62,512 nucleotides of DNA, from sequence record DRR378314_1366. One strand, 5' to 3'. Shown here piece after piece: positions 9,977-19,419 of the stretch; positions within the stretch are counted from its first letter, which is position 1, and each line of letters opens with the position of its first letter. The notes under the pieces are model-generated. The model was not told the origin of the DNA. It saw nothing but the letters and a program-made list of their open reading frames with translations, and made no database searches. Position numbers and translations under genes: made by a program.

Positions 9977-10909
9977 ATGAAATCACTGTTGCACATTACC
10001 AACGGGGACAGTTTCACGTCCAGATTACAGTCTTTACAATTAAAAGGGGATGTAATTACATGGAGAGAAATGCTTTGCGAAGGCAAAACTCTTTCCACTG
10101 TAGGAAGCGAATCTTTCTGGAAAACAAGGTTCGAGTTTCTGAACAAAAATTACAAAGTCTCCAAATCTTGGTTTATAGAAAAAACTTTAAAGGAATATAG
10201 GTCGTTATGCAACCACAAGCAACAAGATCAAATTGTACTTTGGTTTGAATATGACCTCTTTTGCCAAATAAATATGCTTGCCGTACTCAGTTGGCTAAAG
10301 CAACACCGAAGACACGCAGAAATCTCTTTGGTCTGCAGTGGTAAAATTGAAGGCTCCGACAAACTGTATGGCTTAAATGAACTCAGTGATGAAAAATTAC
10401 TGGAGCTATACGACAACAAAAAGGCGCTTTCGCAGGACGATATCGAATACGCTGACTACATTTGGCAATTGTATTGCAGCGACAACCCTATTCGCTTGGA
10501 AAACCAGATTGCCAACAACGATTTTCAGTTCGAATACTTATCAGACGCCCTAAAAACCCATTTAAAGCGATTCCCGACCATAAAAAATGGACTTAACGAC
10601 TTGGAGAACCATATTTTGGAAGTCGCCAAGAAAGAAAAGCCAAAGTCCAAAAAAGAATTGATGGGAAGTTTATTGAGCGATCAAGGTTTTTACGGTTTTG
10701 GAGATACACAGTACGATCGTATGATTTCCTCCCTGAAACCCCTTTTTAGTTCATTTGACCCCGTAAAGTTGACCAAAAAAGGGTTGCACGTATTAAAGCA
10801 AGAAACAAATTACTATTCGGAACTTCGTGATAATCAAATGTATTTGGGAGGATCTTTAAAATATAACTTTCTATATAATACTGATTCCGACAGAATCCTT
10901 AAATTATAA
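9977..10909 (+). CDS. DUF1835 domain protein
   Basis: LHITNGD and WFEYDLFCQ motifs. Confidence 0.8.
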   Translation: MKSLLHITNGDSFTSRLQSLQLKGDVITWREMLCEGKTLSTVGSESFWKTRFEFLNKNYKVSKSWFIEKTLKEYRSLCNHKQQDQIVLWFEYDLFCQINMLAVLSWLKQHRRHAEISLVCSGKIEGSDKLYGLNELSDEKLLELYDNKKALSQDDIEYADYIWQLYCSDNPIRLENQIANNDFQFEYLSDALKTHLKRFPTIKNGLNDLENHILEVAKKEKPKSKKELMGSLLSDQGFYGFGDTQYDRMISSLKPLFSSFDPVKLTKKGLHVLKQETNYYSELRDNQMYLGGSLKYNFLYNTDSDRILKL

Positions 10910-10911
10910 TA

Positions 10912-11799
10912 ATGGACGCTTCCTTGGGCAGTTCAGAGCTTATTCTGAACCCTGATGGGAGCATCTACCATCTCAACCTTCTTCCCGAAGACATTGCCAC
11001 GACCATTATCACGGTGGGAGACCAAGATCGTGTGCAGGAAGTAACCAAGTACTTCGATTCCGTTGAGATAAGGAAAAGCAAACGAGAATTTACAACCCAC
11101 ACGGGTCATTATTCCGGTAAACGCCTTACCGTTATCTCCACAGGAATAGGAACGGACAATATAGACATTGTTTTTAATGAATTGGATGCGCTTGCAAACA
11201 TCGATTTCACTTCTAGGCAAATTAAATCCCAAAAAACACGGCTCAATTTTATACGGGTCGGTACATCCGGTTCTCTTCAACCAGACATCCCGGTAGATAC
11301 TTTCTTAATCAGTTCCGCCGGCATTGGGTTTGACAATCTATTGCATTTTTATGAGGCTGGACAAATCAAAAATAAGGAACTGGAACAAGCGCTGACAGAA
11401 TACTTGGGTTGGGGAAAATACAACATTCACCCTTATGTCGTTGATTTTGATAAGGAGTTGGGTGCTGTTTTTGATTCAAATCATATACGATTTGGCATAA
11501 CAGGTACAAATTCAGGTTTTTATGCTCCACAGGGAAGGAAATTAAGATTAAAGCCTTCTATAACAGATTTTAACGAAAAGCTTGCGGGGTTTTCTTATCA
11601 AGGTACACGAATAACAAACCTTGAGATGGAGACAGCAGCCATTTACGGCATAGCAAAATTGCATGGACACCGAGCTGTTTCACTTAATGCCATATTGGCC
11701 AATCGGGCAACAGGGGAATTTTCCAAGCAGGGGCATCGAACCATTGACAGGTTGATTCAATACACCTTGGAACGTATGGCCCAAAGTCAATTGGTATAA
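10912..11799 (+). CDS. Nucleoside (uridine-type) phosphorylase
   Basis: GD..RV, REF, STGIG, RVGTSG, NLEME motifs. Confidence 0.9.
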   Translation: MDASLGSSELILNPDGSIYHLNLLPEDIATTIITVGDQDRVQEVTKYFDSVEIRKSKREFTTHTGHYSGKRLTVISTGIGTDNIDIVFNELDALANIDFTSRQIKSQKTRLNFIRVGTSGSLQPDIPVDTFLISSAGIGFDNLLHFYEAGQIKNKELEQALTEYLGWGKYNIHPYVVDFDKELGAVFDSNHIRFGITGTNSGFYAPQGRKLRLKPSITDFNEKLAGFSYQGTRITNLEMETAAIYGIAKLHGHRAVSLNAILANRATGEFSKQGHRTIDRLIQYTLERMAQSQLV

Positions 11800-11869
11800 T
11801 TTTTCAAAGCATTTTTTTTGAAGTATACCAAATGGAATCATAATTTTAAGACACAAAGTAGCAAGGCAA

Positions 11870-12718
11870 ATGAAAACAGTGCAAATAATTGGAGTCCCCG
11901 AACATTTTAACCTTCCCTGGCACTTGGCCATGGAAGACAATGCCTTTGAGGACCGAGGCATACAATTGGAATGGAGTGATGTTCCGGAAGGAACCGGAAA
12001 AATGACCCAAATGCTTCAAAACAACGAAGCAGATTTGGGCATTATCCTTACCGAAGGCATCATCAAGAGCATTTCTCAGGGAAACCCCAGCAAAATTGTT
12101 CAAGAATATATCTCCTCTCCCCTTATTTGGGGCATCCATGTAGATGCAAATAGCGAAAGAAATTCCATTGAGTCTTTAAAAGATGATAAAGTGGCCATCA
12201 GTAGAATAGGTAGTGGAAGCCATTTAATGGCCTATATCAATGCGCAGAACCAAGGATGGGGCACAGAAAACCTAGAGTTTGAAATCATAAATAACCTCGA
12301 TGGTGCCGTGGAAAATCTATCAAGTGGTTCCAATGCTTATTTTATGTGGGAACATTTTACCACCAAACCGCTTGTGGACAGCGGAATTTTTAAACGGGTG
12401 GGTGACTGCCCTACCCCTTGGCCTTGTTTTGTGATTGTCGCTTCGGAAGCATTTTTAAAAGAAAGCGAAGGGGTACTCAAACACATTTTGGAAGTGATTA
12501 ACACCTATACTTCAGAATTTAAGCAAATCCCGAGTATTGATAGAACGCTTTCCAACAGATACGAGCAAAAGCTGGAAGATATTCAGGATTGGCTGTCTAA
12601 AACCACTTGGGGACAAGAGCAACTTTCTGAAGCAACTATTAACGAAGTACAATCCAGGTTGCTCGGCCTTAATTTAATTAGCGACACCAAAGACGCTTCG
12701 CATTTTCTTTGGAAATAA
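11870..12718 (+). CDS. Substrate-binding-fold protein (Thi5/NMT1-like)
   Basis: GVPEHFNLPW, GTGKM, SRIGSGSH, MWEHFT, PWPCF motifs. Confidence 0.75.
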   Translation: MKTVQIIGVPEHFNLPWHLAMEDNAFEDRGIQLEWSDVPEGTGKMTQMLQNNEADLGIILTEGIIKSISQGNPSKIVQEYISSPLIWGIHVDANSERNSIESLKDDKVAISRIGSGSHLMAYINAQNQGWGTENLEFEIINNLDGAVENLSSGSNAYFMWEHFTTKPLVDSGIFKRVGDCPTPWPCFVIVASEAFLKESEGVLKHILEVINTYTSEFKQIPSIDRTLSNRYEQKLEDIQDWLSKTTWGQEQLSEATINEVQSRLLGLNLISDTKDASHFLWK

Positions 12719-12772
12719 TTTTAAACATTATGAATGTCAGGTCGGCTTATGCCTAAACCACACCACAACAAG

Positions 12773-12796
12773 CTCTCGACTGCGCTCGAGATGACA
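12773..12796. repeat. REP-like palindrome CTCTCGACTGCGCTCGAGATGACA
   Basis: Near-identical copy at 48413-48436; related to the reverse complement of 45792-45815. Confidence 0.7.
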
Positions 12797-12799
12797 TTT

Positions 12800-13465
12800 T
12801 CACCAATCAATAGGCTCCTTGCCCATCTGCGCCAGCAACTTGTTTGTTTTGCTGAAGTGTTGATTACCAAACCACAATCCACGGTTGGCGCTCAAGGGTG
12901 AAGGATGGCCAGAGGTTAAAATATGGTGTTTGCTTTTATCGATCAAGGATGATTTTTTCTTGGCAAACCCGCCCCAAAGCAGAAAAACAACTCCTTCCAG
13001 CTCGTTGGACACCGTTTTGATCACCGCATCGGTAAATTGTTCCCAGCCTTTTTTTTGATGGCTCCCTGCTTGGTGAGCGCGAACGGTAAGCGTAGCGTTC
13101 AATAAAAGAACACCTTGGTCTGCCCAGCGCTCCAGATTACCACTATCGGGATACGGTTTTCCAACATCGGTTTTAATTTCCTTGAAAATATTGACCAAGG
13201 ATGGCGGATGAGGAATACCATCCTTAACGGAGAAACAAAGTCCGTTTGCCTGATTGGCCCCATGGTACGGATCTTGCCCTATAATTACCACTTTGATTTC
13301 TTGGAACGGGCAATGGTCAAAAGCAGAAAAAATATCCTTACCCTTTGGGTAACAGGTGTTCTTTTGGTATTCCTTTTTTACAAATGTTGCTAATTGCTGG
13401 AAATAAGGCATTTCAAACTCATCGTTCAGCTGGATTCTCCAACTTGGCTCAATATTCACTTCCAT
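12800..13465 (-). CDS. ung: Uracil-DNA glycosylase (family 1)
   Basis: GQDPYH, PPSL, GVLLLN, HPSPLS motifs. Confidence 0.97.
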   Translation of the reverse strand: MEVNIEPSWRIQLNDEFEMPYFQQLATFVKKEYQKNTCYPKGKDIFSAFDHCPFQEIKVVIIGQDPYHGANQANGLCFSVKDGIPHPPSLVNIFKEIKTDVGKPYPDSGNLERWADQGVLLLNATLTVRAHQAGSHQKKGWEQFTDAVIKTVSNELEGVVFLLWGGFAKKKSSLIDKSKHHILTSGHPSPLSANRGLWFGNQHFSKTNKLLAQMGKEPIDW

Positions 13466-13474
13466 GTGCTGACT

Positions 13475-13579
13475 TTACTTCTTTTTGGTCAATTTATAGA
13501 TCAAGTACCCAATGCCTACAACAAAATGTAGTAAAATAACGCCGGCGATAATATAAATTACGGTGTTGTCGCTCCTCAT
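13475..13579 (-). CDS. Small single-TM protein, 34 aa (MRSDNTVIYIIAGVILLHFVVGIGYLIYKLTKKK)
   Basis: Translated by hand; TM helix plus KKK tail; stop 9 nt before the ung start. Confidence 0.65.
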   Translation of the reverse strand: MRSDNTVIYIIAGVILLHFVVGIGYLIYKLTKKK

Positions 13580-13676
13580 AGGATATCTTTAAAGGAATAA
13601 ATCAGGTATGTATCAAAAGTACGCATTGCAAATTGTTTTTGCCAGAGCGGTACACTTCAAAAACACTTCAAAATCC

Positions 13677-13684
13677 TATCTTTG
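13677..13684 (+). promoter_or_regulatory. Bacteroidetes -7 promoter element TATCTTTG upstream of mutS2
   Basis: Matches TAnnTTTG, 18 nt before the ATG. Confidence 0.6.
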
Positions 13685-13702
13685 CGCTGCTAGTAGAAAA
13701 AG

Positions 13703-15874
13703 ATGCAAAACATTCACCCCAAAACACTTCAAGACTTAGAGTTCCCGGCAGTATTGACCCAAATCGCAGCGCGATGCAATACAGATTTGGGCAAAGAAGA
13801 TGCGTTGAACATAAAACCGTTCCAACACAAAGAGGAACTGATGAAGGTTTTAGGGCAAACGTCGGAATATTTAGCCTCTTTTTCCAACGACAACCGTATT
13901 CCCAATCATGGTTTCGACCAAATCAATAGTGAACTGGGGTTGTTAAAGATTGACAACAGCACCTTGGAGATAGCCGGTTTCCGAAAAATCGGGGGAATCT
14001 GCAAAACCGTAGCGATTCATCAAAAATTCTTTAAAAAGTTCAAGGAATACTACCCATTGCTTTTTGATAAAGTGAATGCTTTGGAACTTCATCCAGAAAT
14101 TCCCGAGGCCATTGATGATGTCATCGATAAATTTGGGGAAATCAAAGATTCTGCATCGGATGAACTCCTGTATATCCGCCGACAAATCAATGAAGTGCGT
14201 AGCAAGATCAATCAAAGCTTTAGCGCTGCATTGGGCCGCTATCAATCTTCGGACTTTTTGGATGAAATCCGAGAATCCGTTGTGGAGAATCGCAGGGTAT
14301 TGGCAGTTAAGGCGATGCACCGAAAAAAAGTGAAGGGTACCGTTATGGGGACCTCCAAAACGGGCAGCATTGTTTACATTGTTCCCGAAGCCACGCTATC
14401 CTACACACGAGAACTCAATAATTTGGAGTTTGAGGAAAAAGAAGAGATTCAGCGCATTCTAAACAAACTCACCGACGAAATTCGACCCTATCGGGAGTTA
14501 CTGCAAGAGTATCAAAAGCATCTTTCCGATACCGATATTACAGCAGCCAAAGCAAGATATGCCAATGAGACGAATGGTTTGTTGCCAGAAATCAATGAGG
14601 AACGCGAAATGTACCTTCGTGATGCATACCACCCATTGCTCTACCTTTCCAACCAACGAAAGAACGAAAAAACCTGGCCGCAGACTATAAAACTGCACAA
14701 AGAGAACCGAATTATTGTGATTTCGGGGCCCAACGCAGGTGGAAAAAGTATAACACTGAAAACGATTGGGCTGCTTCAAGTGATGCTTCAAAGCGGTATG
14801 CTCATCCCTGTGCACGAACGTAGTTCCGTTTGTTTCTTTGATAAGATATTGACAGATATTGGAGATAATCAATCCATTGAAAATCATCTTAGTACGTATA
14901 GTTACCGACTCAAGAACATGAACTACTTTTTAAAGAAGTGCAACGATAAAACATTGTTCTTGATCGATGAATTTGGTACGGGTAGTGATCCCGAATTGGG
15001 TGGTGCATTGGCAGAAGCCTTTTTAGAAGTTTTCTATGATCGTGAAGCCTATGGAGTCATCACAACGCACTATGCCAATTTAAAGGCTTTGGCCAACGAA
15101 CTGCCTCACACCACCAATGCCAATATGCTATTCAACGCTAAAACATTGGAGCCCACTTTTCAATTGGTTTTAGGTGAAGCGGGGAGTTCCTTTACGTTTG
15201 AAGTGGCCCAAAAGAACGGCATCCCCTACTCCTTGATCAACAAGGCCAAAAAGAAGATTGAACGCGGAAAGGTCCGTTTTGATGCTACCATTGCCAAACT
15301 ACAAAAGGAGCGTAGCAAAATGGCGGAAACAGGCTCCAAACTTAAAGATGAGGAAGCCAAGGCTCGTGAGGAAAACGAACGATTGGAGAAACTCAATTCC
15401 AAGATAAAATCCAAGTTGGAGAGTTACCAAGAAATGTACGACCACAACCAACGGATGATTCAACTGGGGAACAAATTGAACACAGCTGCGGAAAAATACT
15501 TTATAGACAAGAAAAAACGTCCGTTGATTTCCGAAATGCTCCGTATAGTGGAAACCGAGAACAGTAAACGTAAAAAAACAACCGCTAAAAAGGCGAAGGC
15601 CAAGCAACAGGAGAAAAAACAAGTGGCCGAAGAGCTGGAGCAAAAAATCAAGAAGGTGCGGGTAGAGAAAAAAATAAAAAAGAAAAAGGAAGTCCAGGCC
15701 GAAAAGAACAAACCCAGACCTGTTTTTAAAATCGGGGACCGCGTTCGCCTCATGGATGGTAAAGCCGTAGGGAGTATAGACACGCTTGAAAAAGGTAAGG
15801 CTGTAGTCAACTACGGTATGTTCACCACCAATGTAAGCGTGGACCAATTGGAATTGGTGGAAGCTAAGAAGTAA
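13703..15874 (+). CDS. mutS2: MutS2 family protein ending in a KOW-like domain, no Smr domain
   Basis: GPNAGGKS Walker A, DIGDNQS, LIDEFGTGSDP, TTHY. Confidence 0.92.
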   Translation: MQNIHPKTLQDLEFPAVLTQIAARCNTDLGKEDALNIKPFQHKEELMKVLGQTSEYLASFSNDNRIPNHGFDQINSELGLLKIDNSTLEIAGFRKIGGICKTVAIHQKFFKKFKEYYPLLFDKVNALELHPEIPEAIDDVIDKFGEIKDSASDELLYIRRQINEVRSKINQSFSAALGRYQSSDFLDEIRESVVENRRVLAVKAMHRKKVKGTVMGTSKTGSIVYIVPEATLSYTRELNNLEFEEKEEIQRILNKLTDEIRPYRELLQEYQKHLSDTDITAAKARYANETNGLLPEINEEREMYLRDAYHPLLYLSNQRKNEKTWPQTIKLHKENRIIVISGPNAGGKSITLKTIGLLQVMLQSGMLIPVHERSSVCFFDKILTDIGDNQSIENHLSTYSYRLKNMNYFLKKCNDKTLFLIDEFGTGSDPELGGALAEAFLEVFYDREAYGVITTHYANLKALANELPHTTNANMLFNAKTLEPTFQLVLGEAGSSFTFEVAQKNGIPYSLINKAKKKIERGKVRFDATIAKLQKERSKMAETGSKLKDEEAKAREENERLEKLNSKIKSKLESYQEMYDHNQRMIQLGNKLNTAAEKYFIDKKKRPLISEMLRIVETENSKRKKTTAKKAKAKQQEKKQVAEELEQKIKKVRVEKKIKKKKEVQAEKNKPRPVFKIGDRVRLMDGKAVGSIDTLEKGKAVVNYGMFTTNVSVDQLELVEAKK

Positions 15875-15898
15875 TCCTATTTATGATTCTAGTTGGAA

Positions 15899-16089
15899 GC
15901 TGAGCGTAGTCGAGGTATACAACGGTGTTTACCATCCTGCATCCTACAGCGATGGATTCCTGTTTTCACAGGAATGACAAACGCGCTTACGTTCAATGTT
16001 GACAACCCCTCATAAGCCTGTCACTTAACCCATTGCATTCCAGCGTTTTTTCTGCGAACTTCGTTACTTGTGCTGAACTGGATTCAGTA
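15899..16089. repeat. Cluster of three REP-like palindromes
   Basis: GCTGAGCGTAGTCGAGG (15899-15915), GGATTCCTGTTTTCACAGGAATGACA (15954-15979), TGCTGAACTGGATTCAGTA (16071-16089). Confidence 0.65.
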
Positions 16090-16178
16090 TCGGTCGATAT
16101 AAATCATTAAAACGAATTATATCTTAAAACGTTGGTGGCCATATAAGAAAACCGACAAAAGAACGTTAATTTTGAACT

Positions 16179-16565
16179 GTGTTAAGTCGAATTAGAAATA
16201 GCATTTTCACGAAATTCCTTTGGGGACTCATGGGACTTTACCTGCTCAACATTAGCGTTGACACAGCAGACCCTAACCCTGAACATATTCCAGAAGACTT
16301 GTCCTTCAATGATCAAGAAAGTATCGTGGAAATAGTAGTCGAAAAGGTTTTGGGATTTGAAGATGCCATCAAAGAGTATGACGACCATGATACCGAAGAT
16401 CACAACAAGAAGAAGAATGTGAAAATTGACTTGTTGGTTCATGCAATCAAAGCCGACAAAATTGACCATAATCAATTCTTCGAAAGAAAAAAGCTCTTTT
16501 CTGACTATGAAGCTCGCTTAACAAAAGGCTTCAACGAATTAGACATTCCCCCACCCAAAGTTTGA
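16179..16565 (+). CDS. Hypothetical protein ending in PPPKV
   Basis: 128 aa ORF with GTG start and hydrophobic N-terminus; operonic with the next gene. Confidence 0.75.
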   Translation: MLSRIRNSIFTKFLWGLMGLYLLNISVDTADPNPEHIPEDLSFNDQESIVEIVVEKVLGFEDAIKEYDDHDTEDHNKKKNVKIDLLVHAIKADKIDHNQFFERKKLFSDYEARLTKGFNELDIPPPKV

Positions 16566-16642
16566 TTTGTTTTTCCAGCTCTACATCACCTGTGCCCAAT
16601 AAGACACGGGGTAATTCTTATTGCATTTAAAACAAATCAAAA

Positions 16643-17503
16643 ATGAACATCAAAAAAATCTTGGTGCTAACCATTGTATTGGTGCCTTCCACATATATTT
16701 CTGCTCAAATTACGGACGCAGAAAAAGACAGTCTTTACATTCAACAAATTGAAGACCACAAAGAACCTGACAAGGTCCTACACGCAGAACCTTTATATAT
16801 TGACCTAATCCGAGATTTAGGAGCCCGAAAAGGTGAAAAAGAATGGAACGTAGGATTAGGTCTTACTGACAATCTGAAATTCGACTCTTATGAAGCTTTA
16901 ATAGAATACGAGTGGGCGCCCATTGACAGATTAGGCTTGGAAGTTGAACTACCTTTCACTTTTTATTCGCCAGTAAACGGAACAGCAAACGACTCTATTC
17001 CATCCAATCAATTGAATAGTATCAAAATTGCTGCTCAATGGTCATTTTTCGTGAATGAGCCTATGGCTACTTCAATGGCACTTGGATACATAAACGAGTT
17101 TGAACTTTCAGACTTTAGGAATTTTGGAAAGCCATTTATTAAAGGAAATGTATACAATCCTTTCTTGGTTGTAGCAAAGCGATGGGGCAATAATTTTCAT
17201 TCATTGATATATACCGGGCCTTTGATCGAGCAAAATTTCAGTTCTAATAAGTTTCATGCGACTTATGACATTAATACCAGTTTCCATTATATGATTTCAG
17301 GCACCAGAAACTTTATTGGGGTTGAATTTAATAAGACCATCGACAACGGAGACTTTGATATGACCATGAGGCCTCAAATGCGTTTAGGTATTGCCGATAA
17401 CTTATTAATTGGAATTGTAGCAGGAGTTCCTGTAAGTAGAGAAAATCAAAGATTAAGTTCTTTTGTTAGATTGATATGGGAACCAGGGCATAATAAAAAA
17501 TAA
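16643..17503 (+). CDS. HAEPLYID family protein (probable outer-membrane protein)
   Basis: Signal peptide and the literal HAEPLYID signature. Confidence 0.85.
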   Translation: MNIKKILVLTIVLVPSTYISAQITDAEKDSLYIQQIEDHKEPDKVLHAEPLYIDLIRDLGARKGEKEWNVGLGLTDNLKFDSYEALIEYEWAPIDRLGLEVELPFTFYSPVNGTANDSIPSNQLNSIKIAAQWSFFVNEPMATSMALGYINEFELSDFRNFGKPFIKGNVYNPFLVVAKRWGNNFHSLIYTGPLIEQNFSSNKFHATYDINTSFHYMISGTRNFIGVEFNKTIDNGDFDMTMRPQMRLGIADNLLIGIVAGVPVSRENQRLSSFVRLIWEPGHNKK

Positions 17504-17507
17504 ATAC

Positions 17508-17640
17508 GGCCATCGACATTGTAAAAGCAAAATGCGGGCTGAAATACTCAAATTTAGTATTTTATACTACTAAAGTTTAGTGCGGGCTGACAGTTACTCC
17601 CTCTGAAACCCCGCACTACGCTTAAACGAGACCGATAACG
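17508..17640. mobile_element. Degenerate attC-like hairpin site
   Basis: GGCCATCGAC left end, AAGC..TGCGGG / CCCGCA..GCTT arms, GAGACCGATAAC right end. Confidence 0.45.
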
Positions 17641-17756
17641 AAACCTCCCCTCCCATCTACACTAATTTTACACCTATCACAAAATCCAGCCCAAGGTTCC
17701 CTTCATTTTTTCCTATCTTGTTTAGCAATTATAAAATCAAGCAACCTAAACAAACA

Positions 17757-19214
17757 ATGAAAAAATCATCCCCCTCCTCCAGTAGAAGAAAATTTGTAAA
17801 AAATACCGCACTGGCCTCCAGTATTTTTATTGTGCCGCGCCACGTTTTGGGTGGTCCGGGCTTTTTGGCTCCGAGCGACCGCTTAAACATTGCCGCCATT
17901 GGCGCAGGCGGTAAAGGCGCCAGTGATATTGCCAATGCCTCGGTTGATGGTCGCGAAAATGTCGTAGCCCTCTGCGATGTCGATTTTTCAGGGACGGCAA
18001 AGAAATCCGTTGAGCGTTTTCCAAAAGCAAAATTGTTCAATGATTATCGTGAAATGCTGGATACCGTAAAAGACATTGACGCAGTCACCATTAGTACTCC
18101 AGATCACGTGCACGGCCCTGCCGCTGCCTATGCCATGGAACGGGGAAAGCATGTGTATGTGCAAAAACCAATGACCCATAACATCCGTGAGGCACGAATG
18201 CTAACCCAAATGGCTCGGGATAAAAAAGTAGTGACCCAAATGGGGAATCAAGGAGCCTCCAATCCGCTATTGGGCTTGGTACAAAAATGGGTTGATTCCG
18301 GAGCCTTGGGCCGAATCACCAAAGTAGAAATATGGACCAACCGCCCGGTGTGGCCACAAGGCAATGCCATGCCGAAGCCGGACCCATCCAGCAAACCGGA
18401 TGATTTATTTTGGGATTTATGGTTGGGGCCTGCTCCATTGCGTCCTTACACACCAAACCTCCATCCATTTAATTGGAGAGGCTGGTGGGATTACGGAACA
18501 GGTGCTTTGGGCGATGTTGGTTGTCATTTAATCGACATTCCTTACAGAACCTTAAAATTGGGATACCCTACTGCAGCGGAATGTAGTGTAGGAACTGTTT
18601 TCTCTCAAATGTGGAATCCCGATTTCCATCCAGAAGGTTGTCCACCTTCTTCGTTCATCACATTAAACTACGAAGCCACAGACAAAACAGCCGCTCCCTT
18701 GACCATGACATGGAGTGATGGAGGCATACGACCTTCCCATCCCGATATTATTCCTGCGGATAGCGATATTGGTGGGCCTGGGAGCTATAACGGAGTGTTA
18801 ATACATGGAGAACACGGGGTTATTTCCACGAACATTAATGACAGCTCACCATTGACCCCTAAATTATACATGAGCAATGGTGTTACCGAGTTTGGTCCCG
18901 AGGTTGAGGAAATGACGGAACCCGAATATGGCCACCAACGGCAATGGGTAGATGCCTGCAAAGCAGGGTTTGGTAGCACAGAACATAAAGACCTAACTTC
19001 ATCTTTTGATTATGCCGGCCCTATGACCGAAACAGTGTTGATGGGCAACTTGGCCATACGTAGCTATATGCTGCGTAGAGAAAATGATAAGGGTAACATG
19101 GAGTTCTATGGTCGTAAAAAACTACTCTGGGATGGGGAGAACATGAACATCACCAATTTTGAAGATGCCAACCAGTTTGTTACCCGCACCTATCGTGAGG
19201 GTTGGGAAATGTAA
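17757..19214 (+). CDS. Gfo/Idh/MocA family oxidoreductase with Tat-like signal
   Basis: SRRKFVK twin-Arg, GAGGKG, TPDH, QKP, WRGWWDYGTGALGD. Confidence 0.92.
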   Translation: MKKSSPSSSRRKFVKNTALASSIFIVPRHVLGGPGFLAPSDRLNIAAIGAGGKGASDIANASVDGRENVVALCDVDFSGTAKKSVERFPKAKLFNDYREMLDTVKDIDAVTISTPDHVHGPAAAYAMERGKHVYVQKPMTHNIREARMLTQMARDKKVVTQMGNQGASNPLLGLVQKWVDSGALGRITKVEIWTNRPVWPQGNAMPKPDPSSKPDDLFWDLWLGPAPLRPYTPNLHPFNWRGWWDYGTGALGDVGCHLIDIPYRTLKLGYPTAAECSVGTVFSQMWNPDFHPEGCPPSSFITLNYEATDKTAAPLTMTWSDGGIRPSHPDIIPADSDIGGPGSYNGVLIHGEHGVISTNINDSSPLTPKLYMSNGVTEFGPEVEEMTEPEYGHQRQWVDACKAGFGSTEHKDLTSSFDYAGPMTETVLMGNLAIRSYMLRRENDKGNMEFYGRKKLLWDGENMNITNFEDANQFVTRTYREGWEM

Positions 19215-19235
19215 GTCAACTAGCCATATAATTTT

Positions 19236-19264
19236 AAAGGGCCGCAACATTGTGGTCCTTTTTT
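19236..19264 (+). terminator. Rho-independent terminator
   Basis: AAAGGGCCGCAA/TTGTGGTCCTTT stem followed by a T-run. Confidence 0.7.
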
Positions 19265-19288
19265 GTTTGGAGGCATTTATAAATGCTA

Positions 19289-19322
19289 TGTCATTTCGAG
19301 TGATCGTAGCGGCGAGAAATCT
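19289..19322. repeat. REP-like element TGTCATTTCGAG...GAGAAATCT
   Basis: TGTCA tag; related to the reverse complement of 24701-24737. Confidence 0.6.
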
Positions 19323-19419
19323 CTATTTAGACCTCCCTCTTTCGTGGGAATAAAAACAGCCGGCATCAAATGGTTGAACCCCACTTGAGCGGCCGACTGC
19401 TATGAAAAACTATTGGGGC

